Shown here in pieces: positions 22,989 through 29,038 of a DNA stretch of 41,778 bases. The stretch's first letter is position 1. Each line of letters starts with the position of its first letter. Below the pieces are notes generated by a model. The model saw only the letters and a program-made list of their open reading frames with translations, did not search any database and had not been told where the DNA came from. The translations under genes were made by a program, and so were the position numbers. Source of the stretch: a virus; IMG/VR virus record IMGVR_UViG_3300031456_000010, positions 1 through 41,778 of that record, one strand, 5' to 3'.

Positions 22989-23448
22989 GTCTTAGTCTCC
23001 CTTTGGCTTGTGTGAGGTACTTTTTGATCATCGATTCGGAGAGGTGGAACTGGGTCGCGATCTCGGAATAGGTGTACTCCTCGAGTGCATGCATCTCAAA
23101 AATGCGCTGACACTTGGGGGAGAGATGAGCGATTAATGCGAGTATCTCGCCGATCGTCTGCTCTCGTTCCAATTCCTCTTGTGGAGTTGCGGAGTGATCG
23201 AGCAGCTGCGCCAGCGCGAGAGGGTCGTTCCTCGGCGCTTTGTGCTGGCCATGCTCCCAAATGAGGTGCTTGGCGACCGTGTAGGCGTAGTAGGCCGGCT
23301 CCCGGATATCCCGGCTGGATTGGAGGATGCGGACATAGGTGTCTTGGAGGAGGTCCTCCACGTCTGCCCGGCGCATGCGCTTGCCCAGACGGTCCATGAG
23401 CTTGTGGCGCTGCGCATGGACTGCCTGCACTGCCGCGCGCCGGTTCAT
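22918..23448 (-). CDS. ECF-type (group 4) sigma-70 family sigma factor (176 aa)
   Basis: Start at ATG 23448 (ATGA overlap upstream). Region 2: ADVEDLLQDTYVRIL..EPAYYAYTVAKHLIWEH. Region 4 HTH: LSPKCQRIFEMHALEEYTYSEIATQFHLSESMIKKYLTQAKGRL. Confidence 0.85.
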   Translation of the reverse strand: MNRRAAVQAVHAQRHKLMDRLGKRMRRADVEDLLQDTYVRILQSSRDIREPAYYAYTVAKHLIWEHGQHKAPRNDPLALAQLLDHSATPQEELEREQTIGEILALIAHLSPKCQRIFEMHALEEYTYSEIATQFHLSESMIKKYLTQAKGRLRHDRHRPDRHPRGPARLKAGRAKA

Positions 23449-23597
23449 GTGCGCTGCGCGGCCTCGAGTGCGTGGATGTAGATCCTGACCGCTTCGACTA
23501 GCTCGGGCTCCCAGCTTCTGCACTTGTTCGGATTGATGGGGAGCAGCGCGACTCGGATGAGTTGCGCGACATCGAGCGGAATACTGACGGTCTTCAT
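23445..23597 (-). CDS. Hypothetical protein (50 aa)
   Basis: Below track cutoff. ATGA overlaps at both ends. MKTVSIPLDVAQLIRVALLPINPNKCRSWEPELVEAVRIYIHALEAAQRT. Confidence 0.5.
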   Translation of the reverse strand: MKTVSIPLDVAQLIRVALLPINPNKCRSWEPELVEAVRIYIHALEAAQRT

Positions 23598-23776
23598 GCG
23601 GCGATAGCCTCTTCAATCATGAGGGGGGCGAAATGCTCGTGCAGTCTTTGATGCTCACTGTCGGAGATCTCGTGGCTTGCCCACATGCTGTCGAGGATTT
23701 CTTGAGTCGTGGCGGCGGTGATGCGCCGACGAGATTCGATACGGGCGATTAACTTGTCCATGCGCGCAGTGTGCAC
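23594..23776 (-). CDS. Hypothetical protein (60 aa; GTG 23776 or ATG 23761)
   Basis: Track ORF with helical composition. No clear SD. Confidence 0.55.
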   Translation of the reverse strand: MHTARMDKLIARIESRRRITAATTQEILDSMWASHEISDSEHQRLHEHFAPLMIEEAIAA

Positions 23777-23792
23777 GCGGGGATGAGGGGCG

Positions 23793-24578
23793 TCAAGCTT
23801 TTCTCCATCGTTTCCAGCTGGGGTCGAAGGTGTAACCGGATTGGTAGAGAAAGGCTAGCGCGCGCTGCCAGTCTTCTTTAGAGGGGCGGCGGGCGTTGTT
23901 GAGGAGTTGAAATTGGTAGGTCGTGAAGGCGGGGCCGGGAAGTTGCCATTGGCCGGTGATTTGGGCGGGGAGACTTCCGCGGACATTGGGCAGTGCGTAT
24001 TTGGACGTGCCGGCGATCTTTAATGCGCCCTTGGCGCGCAGATAGTTTTGTGCCCATTGGTAGTTCTCGGGGGTGAGCCGCATGGCATTGGCGTCGAGCA
24101 AGTTAGTGACGTTAAAGGCGCCGGGGGGAACTCGAATGTGTTTTGGATTAGAGGGTTTAGGCAAGGGGCGCTTCGTATATTGGCGTTTCTGCATTTTATA
24201 GGACCAATACTCGTAGTTATGGCGGGGGCGGAGGCCGCGGGAACGCATGATCTTATGGAACTGGTTAATCTTCGCTATATTTTCCAGGCTCCGATTAGCC
24301 TCATTTATAGGCAAAACACCCGGAAAATACATCGAGATAAAAGAGTTAATGGTGTAAATACGCTTAGATTCGGGGTCGTTATTTCGAGATATTTTTTCGT
24401 CGATCCAGTACTCACACAGACCTTGGACTCGCTCGCGGACGAAGCCGAGGTCTGTAAGTCTATGACGTAGATAGGTAAATTGCCTGTGGGAGGGTTTGGC
24501 AATGCCGTGTGCGCGGAAGAGCGACGTCAGCTCGAAGGCGAGGTCCCGGGGAGGAGTAAGGGCCTGATAATTAAGCAT
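23793..24578 (-). CDS. Basic 261-aa protein, first gene of the leftward early operon, adjacent to the iteron region
   Basis: Long ORF, Lys/Arg/Trp/Tyr-rich. No motif recognised and no SD before the ATG. Confidence 0.8.
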   Translation of the reverse strand: MLNYQALTPPRDLAFELTSLFRAHGIAKPSHRQFTYLRHRLTDLGFVRERVQGLCEYWIDEKISRNNDPESKRIYTINSFISMYFPGVLPINEANRSLENIAKINQFHKIMRSRGLRPRHNYEYWSYKMQKRQYTKRPLPKPSNPKHIRVPPGAFNVTNLLDANAMRLTPENYQWAQNYLRAKGALKIAGTSKYALPNVRGSLPAQITGQWQLPGPAFTTYQFQLLNNARRPSKEDWQRALAFLYQSGYTFDPSWKRWRKA

Positions 24579-24783
24579 GTTTGCAGGTAATCATTTGAGT
24601 GGAATAGATACGTAGATGTAAGTGTCTGATTAATATCGATAGATTGGAGTATACTATGTAAGCAGATAAAGATATATATCTAACAAGAATAGCTACTAGT
24701 AGGTGTACAGTAGTGAAATTCTATAGAGAGTTTGAGAGAAAGATCCGCTTGCATACGAAGCATTGATTCTAAAGGGAAAAAAG

Positions 24784-24799
24784 CACTTTTCGAAAAGTG
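24784..24799. repeat. Perfect 16-bp palindrome CACTTTTCGAAAAGTG (operator-like)
   Basis: Read directly. Shorter palindromes lie nearby: CGCTATAGCG at 24822-24831 and CTCTCGAGAG at 24985-24994. Confidence 0.9.
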
Positions 24800-24885
24800 A
24801 ACACGTGCCTGCGCTATAGCGACCCCTTTGGCGGCTGATCCGGGGTTATCTCCGATAAGGATCTTGGCCCTCAACTAGAGATGTC

Positions 24886-24975
24886 GACCCTCAATAGGAA
24901 GGGAGGATCGCTGTTGACCCTCAATAGGAAGGGAGAACCCTCAATAGGAAGGGAGAACCCTCAATAGGAAGGGGG
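24886..24975 (+). repeat. Four direct 20-bp iterons (G/A)ACCCTCAATAGGAAGGG(A/G)G
   Basis: Copies at 24886-24905, 24916-24935, 24936-24955 and 24956-24975, with start spacing 30, 20, 20 bp. A degenerate copy GGCCCTCAACTAGAG lies at 24866-24880. Confidence 0.9.
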
Positions 24976-25018
24976 GGTTCCCGTCTCTCGAGAGCGCCCT
25001 CTTCGATTAACGTGGATT

Positions 25019-25202
25019 TAACTTAGTTCCGACTTAACTTAATCTTCGTTGATCTAACTTAATGCATACAGCGCTGTATGCATTAAGTTAACTAACAGCT
25101 GTATAAACATTATGTAAAACTATAAGTAGCTGAAAAGATTATCTCTGCACTGCACCATGCGCATAATAACCATTAAGTTAAATAGCTCGTTATGTTAAGT
25201 TA
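25019..25202. repeat. Six TAACTTA / TAAGTTA boxes in AT-rich DNA
   Basis: Direct copies at 25019, 25035 and 25055; inverted copies at 25084, 25174 and 25196. The 10-mer CATTAAGTTA occurs at 25081 and 25171, with its complement at 25055. Confidence 0.85.
25055..25090. repeat. Perfect 36-bp palindrome TAACTTAATGCATACAGC|GCTGTATGCATTAAGTTA
   Basis: Read directly; the two 18-nt halves are exact reverse complements. Confidence 0.95.
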
Positions 25203-25360
25203 GCTGTATTTTGGCCCCCGCCGGGGTGTTTTCCAGGGAAGCGAAAAAGCTATACTCGACCCACCCACGTAATCTTTTAAAAAATTAACTTTGCGCTCAG
25301 GAGATATTGTTTTTGACTAAAACACTTGCGCGCAGAGTGCGCGCCGTGTAGGATTGAAGA

Positions 25361-25594
25361 ATGAAAACTAAATCATTTAAAGTAACGCTGCCCATTTGCG
25401 GATACGCCTCCGCAGCAGATCTGGAAAAATACGTTAGGGATGCCGTAATAGGTTGGTGCGGCCAGTACACGGGGGATTTGGATGACTGGCGCGACGAACT
25501 CGCAGATAACCGGAGTAAGATAAAAGTTACGCGGCTGAATTGCGTTCGAACAAAACGCCATGAAAAGAGAAGTGAGTCGACTGAATCGACCTAA
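25361..25594 (+). CDS. Hypothetical protein (77 aa)
   Basis: ATG preceded by AGGA. Isolated rightward gene between the control region and the leftward HNH cassette. Confidence 0.55.
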   Translation: MKTKSFKVTLPICGYASAADLEKYVRDAVIGWCGQYTGDLDDWRDELADNRSKIKVTRLNCVRTKRHEKRSESTEST

Positions 25595-25608
25595 CCCGGA
25601 AACGCCAT

Positions 25609-25646
25609 GCGGAGCGCAGACCGGAAAACAGCCGGTCAAACTCCGC
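25609..25646. terminator. Imperfect nested hairpin between convergent genes, possible bidirectional terminator
   Basis: GCGGAG/CTCCGC (25609-14 with 25641-46) and GACCGG/CCGGTC (25619-24 with 25632-37). No clear U-tract. Confidence 0.3.
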
Positions 25647-25756
25647 TCCCGGTAATCGCACAGTCCACGGGCCGCAGTCATCCTGCTGAGTCACGCAGTC
25701 ACAAATCAGAATAAGTTCGCGTTCCGTCCGAGTCGGACCCCGCTCGCGTCGAGCTT

Positions 25757-26101
25757 TCATAGGGATAGCTCACCTTGAGAAAAAGGGGAGTCGGGCCACC
25801 ATTTGGACCCCTTTTTCTGATTTTCCAAGTGCGCAATCGCCGCCAAGTTCCACGGCACGTGAAGACCGGAGACGATGCCGCCAGACAGCGGCACGATATG
25901 ATCGATCGTGAGCCCCGCTCGATGCGCGCAACGGTACGCATCGCGCATCTGAGCTTTATGTGCCTGCGACAGCCAGCACGGAGTTGCACGGAATAAGCAA
26001 AAGTAATAGCGGTAGGCTTTTCGTGCATTGATGTCCGATCGCACGCGCAGCTTATCAAGCCACTTAAGGTTCCCCGGGGTTGGAAACTTACATCCGCTCA
26101 A
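25757..26101 (-). CDS. HNH endonuclease (114 aa)
   Basis: DHIVPLSGG..GLHVPWNLAAIAHLENQKKG contains the H-N-H signature. Confidence 0.85.
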   Translation of the reverse strand: MSGCKFPTPGNLKWLDKLRVRSDINARKAYRYYFCLFRATPCWLSQAHKAQMRDAYRCAHRAGLTIDHIVPLSGGIVSGLHVPWNLAAIAHLENQKKGSKWWPDSPFSQGELSL

Positions 26102-26442
26102 AACGGCGCCTCCGACGACGAGACAGACGAGATAATGCCCAACCCAGATCGAATCGCATCAGCGACGACGCGATTTCTTTCCGCCGTGTTCGTCTCGTGT
26201 CGAACGATCCGTACGTTCCCCATCTCATATCCGCCCACATCGCCGATCCGCGCCATGCACCACAGCCCGCGGCGGTTACCGCGACGGGTCCACTGCCCAC
26301 TGCCCTCCCAGATCGACCACCACTGAGCGAACGACAGGTTAAAGGCGACCCCGCGGCGAGAGGCATTGGCTTTGTGAGCGGCATATTTACCCCGCGGGGA
26401 GGCGGAGTAGCGCCGATCCGCCGCAGTGCGTCGCCGGCTCAT
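26098..26442 (-). CDS. HNH-associated / degenerate His-Me finger-like protein (114 aa)
   Basis: RRGVAFNLSFAQWWSIW..MARIGDVGGYEMGNVRIVRHETN resembles a phage family usually annotated as HNH endonuclease (recollection). ATGA-coupled to the HNH gene. Confidence 0.6.
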   Translation of the reverse strand: MSRRRTAADRRYSASPRGKYAAHKANASRRGVAFNLSFAQWWSIWEGSGQWTRRGNRRGLWCMARIGDVGGYEMGNVRIVRHETNTAERNRVVADAIRSGLGIISSVSSSEAPF

Positions 26443-26681
26443 GAGTTGAGAGGCGGTGCGGCTCGTTTTCGAAGTACGATGTTTGCCGCATCGCGTAGAA
26501 AACGAACGATGACGGACGGCTTCTCAAGATTGGAAGTGACGATATGCTCCCCGATGCGGGCCGCAGGCACGATGAGAAGGATGTAGCCCATTCGCTCCCC
26601 GGCGGCCTCCGAAAGAGCCTGATCGAGCGCATTTTGAATGGCGTCAAGGTGAGTAAGCACCCGTTGATCGACTTCATGCAT
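26439..26681 (-). CDS. Hypothetical protein (80 aa)
   Basis: Track ORF. ATGA overlap downstream. Confidence 0.6.
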   Translation of the reverse strand: MHEVDQRVLTHLDAIQNALDQALSEAAGERMGYILLIVPAARIGEHIVTSNLEKPSVIVRFLRDAANIVLRKRAAPPLNS

Positions 26682-26892
26682 CGTTGTCTCCCCAAATTTT
26701 CGGAATAAAACGAGACTTGGCCTCGATCAGCTCGCGCCAGTCTTGTCGCACCGCGTAGCGGTCGCTACCGGCCACAGCGCCCGACATCTCGACGATTTGC
26801 GCCGCCGTCAGACCCCGAATCGGGGCCGGGTAGCTCTTGATTTTGATCAAGGGCACTGCTTTGTGTTTCTTAAAAACGCGACGCTGTCTCAT
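26674..26892 (-). CDS. Hypothetical protein (72 aa)
   Basis: Start moved to ATG 26892 (MRQRRVFKKHK). The upstream part of the track ORF covers the divergent promoter region. Confidence 0.6.
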   Translation of the reverse strand: MRQRRVFKKHKAVPLIKIKSYPAPIRGLTAAQIVEMSGAVAGSDRYAVRQDWRELIEAKSRFIPKIWGDNDA

Positions 26893-26899
26893 GCGTGCA
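26872..26899 (+). promoter_or_regulatory. Candidate ECF-type late promoter AAAAAC-N16-CGTGCA upstream of the terminase genes
   Basis: AAC ends at 26877 and CGT starts at 26894. The spacer contains GACGCTGTC (26880-26888), identical to the 9-mer at 22219-22227. The TerS-like ATG at 26949 lies ~50 nt downstream. Confidence 0.4.
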
Positions 26900-26948
26900 T
26901 TCTGCGCGCAAATAGACGGCAGGGCAACCCCAAGATACACTGCAGAAG

Positions 26949-27350
26949 ATGGAAACCCTGCCCAAAGAGTGCCCGTTCGAAGAGACGATCGAGGATTACG
27001 CACAGAGCATGGATTATTTGCTCTCTGACACGGCCGTGGAATGTCAAGAGATCAACAAGAAGCCGAAGAAGGCGCACCGCAATACACGGCTGCTCGATGC
27101 GATACAGGAAACCTTCGAGATCATCGGAGGGGTGCCACGGATGGCCATTTGGGCGGATCAGTATCCCGGAGATTTCTACAAACTCGTCGGCAAACAGATT
27201 CCCGGCATGGTTCAGCAGCTCAATTTCAACGGCCCGACGCAGATCAATATTCAACCCGCCCTACCTCGGAGTGCGCTCGATGGTGAAAGTGACGAAACAA
27301 CGCATGCAGGTGCCCATCGGCTCCTCGACGCCGATCCCCGTGAGCTATGA
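26949..27350 (+). CDS. Putative terminase small subunit (133 aa)
   Basis: First gene of the rightward block, upstream of TerL. The RMAIWADQYPGDFYKLVGKQIP segment recalls podovirus TerS-like proteins. Assignment is mainly positional. Confidence 0.55.
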   Translation: METLPKECPFEETIEDYAQSMDYLLSDTAVECQEINKKPKKAHRNTRLLDAIQETFEIIGGVPRMAIWADQYPGDFYKLVGKQIPGMVQQLNFNGPTQINIQPALPRSALDGESDETTHAGAHRLLDADPREL

Positions 27351-27582
27351 GGAGGACTTGCCCGAGCATGAGTATCGGCACGGACCCAATCCGAACCTCG
27401 ATCTGTGCGAGTGCGGCGAGCCGCTGATGAGCCCGGTGCACCCTCGTCCGCGACTTGAGCTGACTGTCGCCGATGGCGCCGATACGCAGGAGCTGAAGCA
27501 GGCACTCGAGGATGCATTTGACGAAACGGCGGGAACCCAAGATACTCCCGCGAGCAAACCGAGAAATCATCGTAAGAGGTAG
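27280..27582 (+). CDS. Hypothetical protein (100 aa), overlaps the TerS-like ORF by 71 nt
   Basis: C-terminal part of track ORF 26743..27582, taken from ATG 27280 (ATG 27304 also possible). Acidic, protein-like composition. Confidence 0.5.
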   Translation: MVKVTKQRMQVPIGSSTPIPVSYEEDLPEHEYRHGPNPNLDLCECGEPLMSPVHPRPRLELTVADGADTQELKQALEDAFDETAGTQDTPASKPRNHRKR

Positions 27583-27637
27583 TCGTCATGTGGATTGAGC
27601 CGTTTTTGAGGCTGTTTCGATAAGCGACGTTAAAACG

Positions 27638-29038
27638 GTGCGGCTCGAGTATGAGCCGCGCCCGGCCTTCCAAGCCTTTCACGCTCGTTGGCAACGTTTT
27701 GCGCTGATGGTGTGTCATCGCCGCGCGGGGAAGACAGTCGGGGCCATCAATGAGGCGATCAACCGGGCGGTCTACAACAAAAATAAGCGCCCCCGCTATG
27801 CCTATATCGCGCCCTTGCGATCTCAGGCGAAGAAAGTCGTGTGGGAGTACGTCAAGGAGTACACCGCAGGCTTAGAGGCGAAGAAGCCGTCTGAATCGGA
27901 GCTGACGGTCACCTACGCACACAACGGCGCGACGATTGAGCTGTTTGGTGCGGACGGACCCAACGCGGAGGCCATGCGCGGCAATTACTTCGACGGGGTC
28001 GTCGTCGATGAGTACGGCGACATGGCCCCGTCTGTCTTGCCGAAAATCATTATCCCTACGCTAACTGACCGCAAAGGTTGGGCCGTGCTGATCGGGACGT
28101 TCAAGGGGAAAAACCACTTTTATAAAATGTCGGAGAACTACCAAGGGCGCATGCTGCCCCCGGATATCGATCCGATTGAGTTTGTGCGTCAGCGCTATCA
28201 CATGATCCTACGCGCGGATCAGTCCGGGATCATCCCTGCTGAGGAGCTGGCCTTTATCCGCACGCAGCTGGAGGACGAAGAGTACCGACAAGAGTACCTA
28301 TGCGACCCCACGGCGGCGATTAAGGGCACGTACTACGCGGCAACGATCGCCAAACTCGAAGGCGCCGGCCAGATTTACTCGGACCTCGCCGAGTACGACC
28401 CCGATCAGGAGGTGGAGTGCGTTTTCGACATCGGCCGCACCGATGGCACAGCCTGCTGGTTTTGGCAGAAACGACCCGGTGGGGTTGCCCTCGTCGACTA
28501 CTTCGAGATGCAGGGCAAGGGGTGCGATGAGGCGTTCCAAGAGCTGAATGGCACGGTACCGGATGGCAGTGTGGACTATCGGCGCAAGTACGCCTATCGG
28601 AAGATCTGGTTGCCACACGATGCCAAGGCGAAAACCTTTGCGTCGCGCCGCTCCACGATTGAGCAGTTTTTGGATGAGTACGGGCCTTCGGTGGTCCAAA
28701 TCGTGCCGAAACTAGATCTGATCGATGGTATTTCCGCTGTACGCAAGGTTTTGCCGATGTGCTACTTTAGCCCGCGGTCGACGGATGGAGTGGAAGGGTT
28801 ACGCGCCTACCAACGCGAGTGGGACGAGGAGAAGAAGGTCTTCTCGAATAACCCGCTGCACAACTGGGCGAGCCATCCTTCGGACAGCTTTCGCTACTTC
28901 GCCATCGTGGCGCAGCCTTTTGTGGTGGAGGATAAGAAGCCGGAGAAGCGACGCATTATCATCCCGAACGCTGGGACGCTCGATGAGCTGTTTGCAGAGC
29001 ACGATAAACGCATGAGAATGTTACGGAGACGTGGATGA
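27638..29038 (+). CDS. Terminase large subunit (466 aa)
   Basis: GTG start. Walker A CHRRAGKT, Walker B GVVVDEYGD, and nuclease-domain motifs FDIGRTDGTACWFWQ and LPHDA. Confidence 0.9.
   Translation: MRLEYEPRPAFQAFHARWQRFALMVCHRRAGKTVGAINEAINRAVYNKNKRPRYAYIAPLRSQAKKVVWEYVKEYTAGLEAKKPSESELTVTYAHNGATIELFGADGPNAEAMRGNYFDGVVVDEYGDMAPSVLPKIIIPTLTDRKGWAVLIGTFKGKNHFYKMSENYQGRMLPPDIDPIEFVRQRYHMILRADQSGIIPAEELAFIRTQLEDEEYRQEYLCDPTAAIKGTYYAATIAKLEGAGQIYSDLAEYDPDQEVECVFDIGRTDGTACWFWQKRPGGVALVDYFEMQGKGCDEAFQELNGTVPDGSVDYRRKYAYRKIWLPHDAKAKTFASRRSTIEQFLDEYGPSVVQIVPKLDLIDGISAVRKVLPMCYFSPRSTDGVEGLRAYQREWDEEKKVFSNNPLHNWASHPSDSFRYFAIVAQPFVVEDKKPEKRRIIIPNAGTLDELFAEHDKRMRMLRRRG

Noticed and set aside
24680-24874. 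64-aa minus-strand ORF inside the AT-rich control region
   Set aside because: It has no SD, spans several palindromes, and its composition is atypical for the genome. It is treated as non-coding.
24886-24975. Could the 20-bp direct repeats be a mini CRISPR array?
   Set aside because: Three copies abut directly and the fourth is separated by only 10 bp, so there are no spacers. The units are shorter than typical CRISPR repeats. No cas genes or leader are present.
25055-25090. 36-bp palindrome as a protelomerase (telomere resolution) site
   Set aside because: No protelomerase or tyrosine-recombinase-like gene was recognised, so the idea has no enzymatic support. The palindrome is kept only as an unexplained structure.
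24579-25360. tRNA or other structured RNA gene in the non-coding regions (also 16686-16790)
   Set aside because: I could find no cloverleaf-compatible acceptor/T-arm pattern (no GTTCRANNC-type T-loop with matching stems). A covariance-model scan would be needed to be certain.
26902-26909. TGCGCGCA-type GC palindromes (also near 25328-25345) as a shared operator
   Set aside because: Short GCGCGC-containing strings recur inside coding regions of this GC-rich genome, so the match is not distinctive enough.
26743-27279. N-terminal 179 codons of the 279-aa plus-strand track ORF
   Set aside because: The Arg/Ser-rich translation overlaps the leftward 72-aa gene, the divergent promoter region and the TerS-like ORF. 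Only the part from ATG 27280 looks protein-like.
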